Origin: an uncultured Coprococcus sp.
GTDB lineage: Bacteria; Bacillota; Clostridia; Lachnospirales; Lachnospiraceae
Direction: 5' to 3'
Assembly (NCBI GenBank): GCA_947626675.1
Contig: CANQTC010000011.1
Location: forward strand, 7,535 to 71,534
DNA: 64,000 nucleotides
The notes below the pieces were generated by a model. It saw nothing but the letters and a program-made list of their open reading frames with translations. It did not search any database and had not been told where the DNA came from. Both the position numbers and the translations under genes were made by a program. Shown one piece after another: positions 38,461-48,897 of the stretch (the first letter of the stretch is position 1; the number at the start of each line of letters is the position of its first letter).

Positions 38461-39006
38461 ATGATAAAGAAACGAAATAGATTGGATAATATAAAACGAG
38501 ATACAAAACGAAAATCTGTTATGAGCAGATTGTCAGAAGAAAACGGGAGTGCCGTTATTGAATTGTGCTTTATTGCGCCGATATTAATAGGAAGTATATT
38601 ATTTGCCGTCAGTATTTTCTTAATTATAATGAACAAAAGTATTGCGATGGGTACGCTTTATGAAATGCTGTATGGGAAGGAAATGTATATCATAAATTAT
38701 GGTGAGAATTATGAAGAGGCGGTGAAGCAAAACATCGAAATATCGATGGAGAAACAGATGATGCTGGCTGAAAATATAAATGCAAAGATTTGGGAAAATG
38801 AAAAGGCGGGAGCAGTTGTTCATAATCTTGAGTCTTTTGATAAGGGTGAATATAAACTATCCGTAAATTATGAGAATGTATGTAAAGGGATTATTATGAT
38901 TGCAAATAGTACCTTGAAAGATGAATACGAGGCGGCAGAGGAGATAAGGGATACAAGCAATAATCTGAGGAGGTGGCAGATATATGGAAGTGACTTGTCA
39001 AACTGA
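38461..39006 (+). CDS. TadE-like minor pilin
   Basis: NG|SAVIELCFIAP followed by a hydrophobic helix; start uncertain. Confidence 0.7.
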   Translation: MIKKRNRLDNIKRDTKRKSVMSRLSEENGSAVIELCFIAPILIGSILFAVSIFLIIMNKSIAMGTLYEMLYGKEMYIINYGENYEEAVKQNIEISMEKQMMLAENINAKIWENEKAGAVVHNLESFDKGEYKLSVNYENVCKGIIMIANSTLKDEYEAAEEIRDTSNNLRRWQIYGSDLSN

Positions 39007-40336
39007 TGGATGTCATTCATATATGATAATCCGTAATGCAGAGATTGATACAGACGCTTATGAAGTGAATATGATACATCATAATAGTATAGACGGTCTG
39101 TTATCGTTCGAGTTTAGAAATATTAATGAAAATAACATGATTTATTACAGAATAAACGGATGTGTTCAGATAAAACAGCTTATTATAAATGGTGAGTTGG
39201 AAATCAGGTATATCAAATTGCTGATGAAAAATATAATAAAGCTGGCAGAGGAGCTGAACTTATATATGTTAAGTCCTGACAACCTAATAGCGGATATCAA
39301 TCATGTATATTATGATACCATTAATCATGTATTCCGGTTTGCATATCTGCCCGGTTATCATAAAGACATAAGAAAACAAATTCGTGTTTTAACGGAGGAG
39401 TGTATCAAGTTTACAAATCATAGAAAGCATGAGGACGTAGATTTTGTATATGGAATATACGATATAACAGTGAAACAAAATTATGATATAAAAGAAATAT
39501 CAGCACATATGGATTTTTATAGTCCGAAGGCGGAGTGTGATATAAAGAACGATAATAAAGCCATATACACCGATACAGCAGAATGTGATATCAACAGGAA
39601 ATTGATGATTGATGCGTTGTTTCAGGCAGAGCCAAAAGACGTCTGTTCAGAAAAGAAGAGCGGAATGGCTGATGATGAAAACCGTCATCATCAAAAACGG
39701 AATATTCTGAATCAGGAAAACAATGATAATTTGCAGACTGCTTACAAAAAGATATGTATTGGCAGCATCGTAATAACGGGAATGGTGGGGCTGCTTATTG
39801 TATTGGGGCAGTTTAGGCGTATGGGACATATTGAAACTTTCAAGCCGCTGATGGGGGTACTGATATTGATGTCTGCGGAATCTTTTGTATATATTCAAAT
39901 CAGTAAAAAAGATGGGGATGAAACAAAAATGGAGATACCGTCGTATGATTGTTCTAATCAATGCCAGTCCGGGGAAGATACGGAGACGACCATTCTTAAG
40001 ACAGGAAGACAAACGGGTAATAAAATCAAATTGATGCCATGTAATGGAGACGCAAATCATGCAGTAGAAATAGACAAGCCTGATTTTATCATAGGCCGCG
40101 ATAAGGAAAAATCGGATTATATCATAGACAGCCGGGTGGTAAGCCGGATTCATGCGAAAGTCTGTGCAGAGCAGGATACGCTTATTATAGAAGATTTATC
40201 TTCTGCAAATGGAACGTATATCAATAACTGCATTTTAAAAGCAGGACAGAAGGGCATGGCAAAGCAGGGAGATATCATAAGCTTTGGGAATATCAGTTAT
40301 TGTGTGACAATTGATAACAATGAAACAGGCATATGA
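38984..40336 (+). CDS. DUF6382-like + TM hairpin + FHA protein (Tad-associated)
   Basis: YEVNMI..N.IDGLL, YMLSPDNL, two TM segments, FHA IGR, VSRIHA, SANGT. Confidence 0.85.
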   Translation: MEVTCQTDGCHSYMIIRNAEIDTDAYEVNMIHHNSIDGLLSFEFRNINENNMIYYRINGCVQIKQLIINGELEIRYIKLLMKNIIKLAEELNLYMLSPDNLIADINHVYYDTINHVFRFAYLPGYHKDIRKQIRVLTEECIKFTNHRKHEDVDFVYGIYDITVKQNYDIKEISAHMDFYSPKAECDIKNDNKAIYTDTAECDINRKLMIDALFQAEPKDVCSEKKSGMADDENRHHQKRNILNQENNDNLQTAYKKICIGSIVITGMVGLLIVLGQFRRMGHIETFKPLMGVLILMSAESFVYIQISKKDGDETKMEIPSYDCSNQCQSGEDTETTILKTGRQTGNKIKLMPCNGDANHAVEIDKPDFIIGRDKEKSDYIIDSRVVSRIHAKVCAEQDTLIIEDLSSANGTYINNCILKAGQKGMAKQGDIISFGNISYCVTIDNNETGI

Positions 40337-40339
40337 TGC

Positions 40340-40394
40340 AGGTGCAAACTCTTAATGAGATATTACAAATTATTAGGGGCTTTGCACCTTTTTT
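40340..40394 (+). terminator. Terminator closing the Tad locus
   Basis: AGGTGCAAA...TTTGCACCT followed by T run. Confidence 0.7.
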
Positions 40395-40487
40395 CATTGA
40401 TATAAAGCATATTTTCAGATATAATATATTTTATCGGTAAATATTGCTATAAAGTATTGCCGGATGAAAAGTTCGGAGGAATGAACC

Positions 40488-42146
40488 ATGTCATACATGG
40501 CATTATATAGAAAGTGGCGACCGGATACCTTTGATGAGGTCAAAGGACAGGACCATGTCGTTACAACATTGAAAAATCAGATAAAAAATGACAGAATAGG
40601 ACATGCTTTTTTATTCTGCGGTACGAGAGGAACCGGTAAGACTTCTATCGCAAAGCTGTTTGCAAAAGCAGTAAACTGCGAGCATCCTATAGATGGAAGT
40701 CCCTGTAATGAATGTTCGAGCTGCAAAGCGATAGCAAGCGGCGCTTCCATGAATGTGATTGAGATTGATGCCGCGTCCAATAATGGTGTCGATAATATCA
40801 GGCAGATACGGGAGGAAGTGCAATATCCTCCGACAGAGGGAAAGTACAAGGTATATATCATTGATGAGGTTCATATGCTTTCAGCGGGGGCATTCAATGC
40901 GCTGCTTAAGACACTTGAAGAACCTCCGTCATATGTTATATTCATTCTTGCGACAACAGAATCACATAAAATTCCGATTACGATATCGTCAAGATGTCAG
41001 AAGTATGATTTTAGGAGAATATCTGTAGAAACGATTTCAGACAGACTGATGACATTACTCGGAAGAGAAAAAGTAGAGGCAGAAAAGAAAGCCGTTGACT
41101 ATATTGCGAAAGCGGCGGATGGTTCTATGAGAGATGCGCTTAGTATCATGGATCAGTGTATTGCCTTTCATCTTGGGAAATCGCTTACTTATGATATGGT
41201 GCTTGAAACGATAGGCGCTGTTGATATCGATGTATTTGACCGGCTTCTCAGTATGGTAACAGATATGAATATATCAGGTGCAGTCGATGTAATTGATGAG
41301 GTGGTATGGCAGGGAAGCGAACTATCAAGATTTGTCAGTGAATTTACATGGTTTTTGCGAAATATACTTCTTATGAAAGTATCTGATGATGCGGACAAAA
41401 AGCTTGATATGTCTGCTGAAAATCTGAAACGGATAAAAACGCTTGCCGATAAACTGGATTTGGAAACGCTGATGAGATACATCAATGTATTTTCAGATAC
41501 TTCGGCAAGTATAAAATATGCTGCACAAAAAAGGATTATCCTAGAATTGGCAGTTATAAAATTATGTAAGCCGGAGATGGAGACGGATTATGCAAGCCTG
41601 CTTGACCGAATCAGGATTTTGGAGAATAAACTGGAGCAAAAATCGCCATCTGCAGAAATGTCTGAAGAAATGATGCAGCAGTTGATGTCACAGATGGCAG
41701 GAAAAGAGATATTCTTATCGGGGGATAAGCCGCTTTCGTCACAGATAGAAGAACCTGGCGGAACAGGTGAAGCGCTGAACGAGAAATTGAAGAAAACGCT
41801 TCCTGAAGCTGATTACAAGGAGCTTTTGGAGTTTGTTGAACAATGGGATATTATTGCTTCCGGTTACCAGAGAATTACAAGAACATTTCTGGATAAGGCG
41901 AGCATCAATCTTGATGAGGATGGAAAGGGGCTGCTGCTGACTTTTATAGATGAGCCGGAAAATAAGCGCGCTATAGAGTATTTTAAGGATAAAGAAAGAA
42001 TGGCTACACTGAAAGGCCATATTGAGGAAGCTACAGGAAGAAAATGTAATATATCCTTAAGAGTGGTTTCCAATAGCAACGAGGTGAAAAAAGAAGTCAC
42101 AGAAAATGACTTGTTAAAAATTAATTTTAAAATAGATTATAAATAG
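40488..42146 (+). CDS. dnaX: DNA polymerase III gamma/tau
   Basis: ALYRKWRP, GTRGTGKTS, EIDAASN, DEVHMLS, SRC. Confidence 0.97.
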   Translation: MSYMALYRKWRPDTFDEVKGQDHVVTTLKNQIKNDRIGHAFLFCGTRGTGKTSIAKLFAKAVNCEHPIDGSPCNECSSCKAIASGASMNVIEIDAASNNGVDNIRQIREEVQYPPTEGKYKVYIIDEVHMLSAGAFNALLKTLEEPPSYVIFILATTESHKIPITISSRCQKYDFRRISVETISDRLMTLLGREKVEAEKKAVDYIAKAADGSMRDALSIMDQCIAFHLGKSLTYDMVLETIGAVDIDVFDRLLSMVTDMNISGAVDVIDEVVWQGSELSRFVSEFTWFLRNILLMKVSDDADKKLDMSAENLKRIKTLADKLDLETLMRYINVFSDTSASIKYAAQKRIILELAVIKLCKPEMETDYASLLDRIRILENKLEQKSPSAEMSEEMMQQLMSQMAGKEIFLSGDKPLSSQIEEPGGTGEALNEKLKKTLPEADYKELLEFVEQWDIIASGYQRITRTFLDKASINLDEDGKGLLLTFIDEPENKRAIEYFKDKERMATLKGHIEEATGRKCNISLRVVSNSNEVKKEVTENDLLKINFKIDYK

Positions 42147-42172
42147 TAGAATTTTAAGGAGGAATAATAACA

Positions 42173-42523
42173 ATGGGTAAAGGAAAAGGATATAGTGTAG
42201 GAATGATGCCTGGAAATATGACAAATCTTATGAAACAGGCGCAGAGAATGCAGAAACAGATGGAAGAAACTACCAAAGAGCTTGAGGACAAACTTTATGA
42301 ATCGTCAGTAGGCGGCGGGGTAGTTACAGCAAAAATATCAGGAAAAAAAGAACTTATGGAGATAAAAATTAGTCCGGAAGTGGTTGACCCTGAAGATATC
42401 GAAACGCTGGAGGACCTTATTATATCAGCAGTTAATGAGGCGCTTAGGATGCAGGACAAAGATTATAGTGATAATATGTCCAAGATATCCGGCGGTGTGA
42501 ATTTGGGAGGCTTACCGTTCTAA
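42173..42523 (+). CDS. ebfC: YbaB/EbfC nucleoid-associated protein
   Basis: [24 protein letters not shown]; dnaX-ybaB-recR synteny. Confidence 0.95.
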   Translation: MGKGKGYSVGMMPGNMTNLMKQAQRMQKQMEETTKELEDKLYESSVGGGVVTAKISGKKELMEIKISPEVVDPEDIETLEDLIISAVNEALRMQDKDYSDNMSKISGGVNLGGLPF

Positions 42524-43119
42524 TGGATGTCTACGGAGGAGAAGTAAATAAACTGATAGAGGAACTGGGAAGGCTTCCGGGAATTGGCTCGAAAACTGCA
42601 CAAAGACTGGCATTTCATATCATCAGTATGCCGGAAGAAAGCGCTGTTTCACTTGCAAATTCGATTATACAGGCAAAGAAAAACATAAAATATTGTAAGT
42701 GCTGTTATACGATAACGGATAGAGAGGTCTGTCCGATATGTAGTGCGCGGGGCAGAAACCATCAGGTTATAATGGTGGTTGAAACACCAAGAGATTTGGC
42801 AGCATATGAGCGGACAGGAAGCTTTGACGGCGTATATCATGTTCTTCATGGTGTTATCAATCCGGCGCTTGGGATTGGCCCGGCGGATATAAAGATAGCA
42901 GAGCTTATGAAGAGACTGGAGGGCGATATAGAAGAGTTGATTATCGCAACAGGCTCAGGTCCGGAGGGGGAAGCAACAGCGATGTATATTTCAAAGCTGG
43001 TAAAGCCTGCCGGGATAAAGGTCAGCCGTATCGCAAGCGGCGTTCCTGTAGGAGGAGATTTAGAATGTATCGATGAAATTACCTTGCTTCGCGCACTTGA
43101 AGGCAGGGTATATTTATAA
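42523..43119 (+). CDS. recR: Recombination mediator RecR
   Basis: [13 protein letters not shown] HhH, C4 zinc finger, Toprim YHVLHG/EGEATA. Confidence 0.96.
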   Translation: MDVYGGEVNKLIEELGRLPGIGSKTAQRLAFHIISMPEESAVSLANSIIQAKKNIKYCKCCYTITDREVCPICSARGRNHQVIMVVETPRDLAAYERTGSFDGVYHVLHGVINPALGIGPADIKIAELMKRLEGDIEELIIATGSGPEGEATAMYISKLVKPAGIKVSRIASGVPVGGDLECIDEITLLRALEGRVYL

Positions 43120-43142
43120 TTTACAAGAAAGAGGTGTTACTT

Positions 43143-44216
43143 ATGTTAAGAGTTGGATTTCTGACAAGTGGCGGTGACTGTCAGGCGCTGAATGCCACTA
43201 TGAGAGGTATTGCAAAAGGTATCTATGAGCTTTTTGACGAAGTTGAGATTTATGGTTTCCTTGAGGGCTATAAAGGTCTTATGAGAGAAAATTATATAAA
43301 GCTTAAACGGAGTGATTTTTCAGGTATTATAAACAAGGGCGGTACGATACTTGGAAGTTCAAGGCAGCCTTTTAAATTAATGGGAGAGCCGACAGAAGAC
43401 GGACTGGATAAAGTAAAGGCGATGAAAGATACCTATAAGAAGCTGAAACTGGACTGCCTGTGTGTGCTGGGCGGAAATGGTTCACAAAAGACTGCAAACC
43501 TGCTTAGTCAGGAGGGATTAAATGTAATTGGGCTTCCAAAGACGATAGATAATGATTTATGGGGAACAGATATGACATTTGGTTTCCAAAGTGCAGTAGA
43601 TATAGCAACAAATACAATCGATTGTATTCACACGACTGCAGCTTCCCATAACAGAATATTCATAGTAGAAATCATGGGACATAAGGTTGGATGGATTACA
43701 CTTCATGCAGGTATTGCCGGAGGTGCAGACGTTATACTTCTTCCTGAAATTCCGTATGATATTCATAAAGTGTATGAAGCGATTGATAAGAGAACGAAGG
43801 ATAACAAAGGATTTACAATACTTGCAGTTGCAGAAGGTGCGATATCAAAGGAAGTTGCAGAGCTTCCGAAGAAGAAGAGAAAAGAAGTTATAGCGAACAG
43901 ACCATATCCTTCTGTTGCATATGAGCTTGCTGATAAATTGAAGGCATTCACAACGCAGGATATCAGAATCGCAATTCCGGGACATACGCAAAGAGGCGGA
44001 AGTCCGGATGCCTATGACAGGGTGATATCATCAAGATTTGGCGCAAAAGCGGCTGAATTGATAAAGAAAAAAGATTTTGGAAAGCTTGTTGTTTTGCTTA
44101 ATAATGAAGTAACTGCCATACCGCTCTCAGAGTCAGCAGGAAAATTAAAATATGTTTCCCCTGATGATGGTATTGTAAAAGAAGCAAGAACTTTAGGAAT
44201 TTCATTTGGCGATTAA
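43143..44216 (+). CDS. pfkA: 6-phosphofructokinase
   Basis: TSGGD, GGTILGSSR, PKTIDND, EIMGH, GHTQRGG. Confidence 0.93.
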   Translation: MLRVGFLTSGGDCQALNATMRGIAKGIYELFDEVEIYGFLEGYKGLMRENYIKLKRSDFSGIINKGGTILGSSRQPFKLMGEPTEDGLDKVKAMKDTYKKLKLDCLCVLGGNGSQKTANLLSQEGLNVIGLPKTIDNDLWGTDMTFGFQSAVDIATNTIDCIHTTAASHNRIFIVEIMGHKVGWITLHAGIAGGADVILLPEIPYDIHKVYEAIDKRTKDNKGFTILAVAEGAISKEVAELPKKKRKEVIANRPYPSVAYELADKLKAFTTQDIRIAIPGHTQRGGSPDAYDRVISSRFGAKAAELIKKKDFGKLVVLLNNEVTAIPLSESAGKLKYVSPDDGIVKEARTLGISFGD

Positions 44217-44282
44217 TTAATCACATAAAGCTCCCTATTTGCATATTAAAATAATAGATGATATTGCAGATAGGGAGATTTG

Positions 44283-44808
44283 TATGAATAAAGATTATAA
44301 ATATGTTCCATATAGTCCTGATGACGAAAATCTCAGGGGCTTGATACAAAATGGAAATATGTTTAACATGAAAAAAGGCATGTCTGGAATATTACTGCCG
44401 GATGAACCATATTCAGATATAGACGAAGCATGGCGTGATCTTAAGACAATAAAGGAAATGTATCCGGGAAGATTGAAAATGATTAGCGCTATGGTGGAGG
44501 AAGAATGTGATAAACTGGAATATGATGGAAGTCCGATGCTTGCAGAATATCCTGATAAAGAACAGATGCGGAAGATTGCCAGAGAGGTATATGAAAAGTT
44601 AGATATAAAAGATGATGTGGAATTTCCGTACGAAGAGATGAAAGAAGAGAATGATGATGTGGCAGCTTCATATAACCCGCCTCCATATGTGCCGCAGGGG
44701 CCGGGATGTGTGAACTGCATGATGAGAAATATTGTGGAACTTTTAGTGTGTAATGAGTTTTATTGCAGACGAGACAGATATAGGAGACGAAGAAGAAGGT
44801 TTTATTAG
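44283..44808 (+). CDS. Hypothetical protein with acidic core and Arg-rich C-terminus
   Basis: ORF with RBS before ATG 44283; CDKLEYDGSPM..EYPD core; ends RRDRYRRRRRRFY. Confidence 0.7.
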
Positions 44809-47402
44809 TGAAGAAAATTAGAAATGTACTGATTAGAGTGATAGTAATGATAATTGCTTTTATTGTTACTGTGCATTTTGTAAATAAATTTGAGAACAGA
44901 GGGTACAAAAATCTTGCAACCGAGATGGAAGAAGCAGAGCTGCCGACGGCATATGTGATGTATGAAGACAGTTATATCAATTGTATGCATGGATATACAG
45001 CGCCGATTGACATAACATTGTTAAGAGATAATATAACGCCAATTGATGAAAACAAAAATATTACGATAGTAGTGGATGATAATAAGGATTTTGGTAAAAA
45101 TTATGCTTATGAATTGCGGGCTATTGCAGGGGATTCTCTTGTAGAAAATGGCGAACTTGAAGCGGTGGAAGGTTCAGATGGAAATAAAAGGCTTGATGTT
45201 AATATTCGTATGAATATAGAGCCGGATATGGAATATATGCTTATCATTAAGATGACAGGAGTGAACGAGGAGCTTGTAAGATACTATACAAGAGTGGTGG
45301 TGAACGCAGATTATCATGCAGATGCTTTGCTGAAATTCGTAAATGAGTTTCATGCAGCGACTTACGATAAGGATGCTTACAAAGAAGAGTCGCTTGTGTA
45401 TTTATGCCAACAGGAATATTTAGATGGAAAGCAGGCGGTAGTTCCTGATTACGGACTGGGATATATCAATCTTGGCTCGTCATATGAAGCAATTATGTGG
45501 AATAGCCTTAATCCGATGACAATTACATCCATTATTCCGAGTATTAAAGAAATTGATGTCAATTATGCGGTTATAGAGCTTGATTATAAAATAGCCTCTA
45601 CAACAACAGAAGATGTAACAAGTTATTATGCCGTAAAGGAATTTTATCAGGTGTCATTTAATGAGGAAAAGGTGGCATTAATAAACTTTGACAGATATGT
45701 GGACGAATATTTCAGCAAGAATGATGTTGATACATTAAATAATGTATATGAAATAGGAATTGTATCAAATCCGGATATAGACTATAAGTATAGCACAGAT
45801 AATAAAAAACTGGCATTTGTCAGAAACGGTCAGCTTTGGATGTATGATTATAGTAAAAATCAGATTTCGCTGGTATATAGTTTTTGGATGGATGATTTTG
45901 AAAATGCCGCAAACACTTATGATAATTATGGTATCAACATCATATCAATGGATGACGAATCCAATATATGCTTTTCTGTATATGGATATATGAACAGAGG
46001 GGTACATGAAGGACAGCTTGGGATAGCGCTTTATGAGTTTCAGGCAGAAACACTGGAGCTTTCTGAACTGATTTTTGTAGAAAACGATATTCCATATGAG
46101 GCAATGAAAAGCCAGTTGTCTAAGCTGACTTATTATGATGGAAGCAGTTTTTATTTTATGTTAGGCGGAAAAGTAAATAAGATAGATATTGCAAACAGGC
46201 AGTTGTCATACCTTGTAGATGGAATATCTGCAAATAATATTTATGTGTCTAAGAACATGGAAGTTGTCGCATATGGTGTAAGCGACGTTCAGAAAGAAAA
46301 TGACAGGCTGACGCTTGTAAATCTGAAGACAGGAAAGAATTATGATATCAATGCGGCATCGGGCGAATGTCTGATTTGTTATGGATTTAAGGATTCCGAT
46401 ATGGTATATGGAACTTCCGCCATATCAGATGAGAATATATCCAAAAATCTAAAGACATTTAAGGATACAAGACTTTCGGACGATTTTTCAGATACAATAC
46501 CGGCAAAAGAGATTTATATTGTAGATGAAAATGGAAACCAGATAAAGGAATACAGGAAAGAGGGATATTATACAGCACAGCTTGATATAGAAACTGATTT
46601 GTTGTATCTTACAAGGTGTAAGAAGAGTGAAAATAGCTTTGATGCCGCTTCAGATGACTTTATTACATTTAAAGAGGATGAGAAAAATCCGGGCATAGCA
46701 ACTGCATTCAGAAGCTCCGGGGATGGCTTTACAAAGCTTTATTTTACTGTTCCGGAAGGAATATATCTCACATATATACCAAATCTGAATATAACGAAAA
46801 ATAAGGTGGAATCCGATACCGCAAGTATGGTAGTGTCTATACCAAATGACAATGCGAACTATATGGTTTATGATAATCATGGACTTTCGAGGATATTTGC
46901 TGTGGCTGGCGATGCCATTAACTATGCGATTGATATATCAGGTATTGTTATTTCAAAAAAAGGCGAGGTAATATATAGGAAGTCCGAAAGTCAGGAGTAT
47001 AATACGATTGCTTCGGCAATATTCCACCATAGTTCAAAAAGCGTGGAGCGCTCATTGCAGGATGCATTATATATGGTTTTGACATATCAGGGTGTAACCT
47101 TGTCATATGATGATTTGTCAGAGTATACAGATGCAGTAGAAGCGCTGAATGTTTATGGAATGTATGAAGGGATAGATATATCGGGTATCAGCTTAGAATT
47201 ATTAGTAGGTTATGTTGGAGAAGGGATTCCGGTGATTTGTCGTATCAGTGATGGAAGATATGTATTGGTAGTAAGTTATAATAGTGTCGATATCAGATAT
47301 TATGACCCTGTTATAGACGAAGAAGTGGTAAAGTCGCGTGATGAATTTGAAGCGCTGATGGAAGCCGGCGGAAACGTATCATACAGTTATGCGGCAAATT
47401 AA
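44808..47402 (+). CDS. Membrane-anchored extracellular protein, C-terminal C39-peptidase-like fold
   Basis: N-terminal TM; C-terminal YVGEGIPV..VLVVSYN..YYDP pattern. Confidence 0.65.
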   Translation: MKKIRNVLIRVIVMIIAFIVTVHFVNKFENRGYKNLATEMEEAELPTAYVMYEDSYINCMHGYTAPIDITLLRDNITPIDENKNITIVVDDNKDFGKNYAYELRAIAGDSLVENGELEAVEGSDGNKRLDVNIRMNIEPDMEYMLIIKMTGVNEELVRYYTRVVVNADYHADALLKFVNEFHAATYDKDAYKEESLVYLCQQEYLDGKQAVVPDYGLGYINLGSSYEAIMWNSLNPMTITSIIPSIKEIDVNYAVIELDYKIASTTTEDVTSYYAVKEFYQVSFNEEKVALINFDRYVDEYFSKNDVDTLNNVYEIGIVSNPDIDYKYSTDNKKLAFVRNGQLWMYDYSKNQISLVYSFWMDDFENAANTYDNYGINIISMDDESNICFSVYGYMNRGVHEGQLGIALYEFQAETLELSELIFVENDIPYEAMKSQLSKLTYYDGSSFYFMLGGKVNKIDIANRQLSYLVDGISANNIYVSKNMEVVAYGVSDVQKENDRLTLVNLKTGKNYDINAASGECLICYGFKDSDMVYGTSAISDENISKNLKTFKDTRLSDDFSDTIPAKEIYIVDENGNQIKEYRKEGYYTAQLDIETDLLYLTRCKKSENSFDAASDDFITFKEDEKNPGIATAFRSSGDGFTKLYFTVPEGIYLTYIPNLNITKNKVESDTASMVVSIPNDNANYMVYDNHGLSRIFAVAGDAINYAIDISGIVISKKGEVIYRKSESQEYNTIASAIFHHSSKSVERSLQDALYMVLTYQGVTLSYDDLSEYTDAVEALNVYGMYEGIDISGISLELLVGYVGEGIPVICRISDGRYVLVVSYNSVDIRYYDPVIDEEVVKSRDEFEALMEAGGNVSYSYAAN

Positions 47403-47484
47403 GTAGTTGCGCGTATAGCGCAAATATCAGCGGTTATATACGTTTTTCAGACCGTTTGCGCCTGATAAAATCCATACAGATATA

Positions 47485-47528
47485 AAAAAGGCCCTGAATT
47501 ATATAAAATGTATAATTCAGGGCTTTTC
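47485..47528. terminator. Bidirectional terminator
   Basis: GCCCTGAATTATA/TATAATTCAGGGC with A and T flanks between convergent genes. Confidence 0.85.
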
Positions 47529-47543
47529 TTCGTTTATAAAATA

Positions 47544-47714
47544 TTATTCCTCTGATATAGTACCAACAGGGCAAGCACCAGCACATGAACCACATGAAAT
47601 GCACTGTGAACCGTCAATTACGAATACACCGCCATTATCACTGATAGCGCCAACAGGGCATGAACCTGCACATGAACCACATCCGATACATGAATCTCCA
47701 ATAACAAATGCCAT
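47544..47714 (-). CDS. 2[4Fe-4S] clostridial ferredoxin
   Basis: CIGCGSCAGSCP and CISCGSCAGACP; 56 aa; AAGGAGG RBS. Confidence 0.95.
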   Translation of the reverse strand: MAFVIGDSCIGCGSCAGSCPVGAISDNGGVFVIDGSQCISCGSCAGACPVGTISEE

Positions 47715-47802
47715 AGATATGTCCTCCTTCTGAGTAATATTAATCATAAATATATTTTAAAACAAAATGTGTCATATATCAAGTATTAATAAAAAATTTC
47801 AT

Positions 47803-48558
47803 CTATTTACCTAATTCTTCGCGGCGTTCTTTCATAGCGCCAAGAATAATTTCTTTTGCTTTAATCGCATCATCATTTGTAAGCGGTTTCGTATCTTTCA
47901 GTGGATAATCGATACCAAGCTTTTCATACTTTACAACACCCATATTGTGATAAGGAAGTACCTCGAGCTGCTTCACATTGTTAAGCTCAGCCATGAAGTA
48001 TCCCACACGTTTCAGATATTCAGGCTTGTATGTGATGTCAGGAACGATAACATGTCTGATACGAATGGCATTCCCTTTCTCGTCAGCATATCTTGCAAAG
48101 TCAAGTATATTGTCAAGCGGCTGTCTGGTAAGCTTTTTATGCTCATCCGGGTCAATATGCTTAATGTCAAGCATGATAAGGTCTGTAACCTTAAGAAGTC
48201 TGTCGTATTTTGCCAGAATATCAGGATTATTCCGTCTGAACATGATTCCTGATGTGTCAAGGCAGGTATGAATACCACGTTTCTTTGCAGCTTCAAACAG
48301 TTCTATCAGAAAGTCGATTTGCATCAGGGGTTCTCCGCCTGTAGCAGTAATACCGCCATTGGTATAAAAAGGTTTTAAAGATTCGTATTGTTCAAGCAGT
48401 TCATCTACGGTTTTTTCTTCTCCGCCTTTCATATCCCATGTATCGGGGTTGTGGCAATACATACATCTCATAGGACAGCCCTTGAAGAATACGACAAAGC
48501 GCATTCCCGGACCATCTACTGTACCGCAGGTTTCTATTGAATGAATGTGTCCTACCAT
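47803..48558 (-). CDS. pflA: Pyruvate formate-lyase activating enzyme (radical SAM)
   Basis: HSIETCGTVDGPG, GCPMRCMYCHNPDTW, TGGEP, LPYHNMG; RBS before ATG 48558. Confidence 0.96.
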   Translation of the reverse strand: MVGHIHSIETCGTVDGPGMRFVVFFKGCPMRCMYCHNPDTWDMKGGEEKTVDELLEQYESLKPFYTNGGITATGGEPLMQIDFLIELFEAAKKRGIHTCLDTSGIMFRRNNPDILAKYDRLLKVTDLIMLDIKHIDPDEHKKLTRQPLDNILDFARYADEKGNAIRIRHVIVPDITYKPEYLKRVGYFMAELNNVKQLEVLPYHNMGVVKYEKLGIDYPLKDTKPLTNDDAIKAKEIILGAMKERREELGK

Positions 48559-48580
48559 TAAAAATCTCCTTATTATTGTA

Positions 48581-48612
48581 ATAAAGGCAAGGGCAAAAGC
48601 CCCTGCCTTTAT
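48581..48612 (-). terminator. Stem-loop between the radical-domain gene and pflA
   Basis: ATAAAGGCA.GGGC-AAAA-GCCC.TGCCTTTAT. Confidence 0.65.
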
Positions 48613-48640
48613 CGTTTTGTAAATGAATATATCTCTCGGA

Positions 48641-48883
48641 TTACATTGCTTCGTGGAATGTTCTTGAGATAACATCTGCCTGCTGTTCCGGTGTAAGCTT
48701 AATGAAGTTTACTGCATAACCGGAAACACGAATTGTAAGCTGTGGATAGTTTTCAGGATGCTTCTGAGCATCAAGTAAAGTATCACGGTTTAATACATTT
48801 ACATTGAGATGGTATCCGCCTTCTTCAACATAACCATCTAACATATTTACTAAATTATCTACCTGCTGTGTACTAGCTGCCAT
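48641..48883 (-). CDS. grcA: Stand-alone glycyl-radical domain of PFL (GrcA-like)
   Basis: [29 protein letters not shown]; own GGAGG RBS; 80 aa. Confidence 0.92.
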   Translation of the reverse strand: MAASTQQVDNLVNMLDGYVEEGGYHLNVNVLNRDTLLDAQKHPENYPQLTIRVSGYAVNFIKLTPEQQADVISRTFHEAM

Positions 48884-48897
48884 TATTCTAATCCTCC

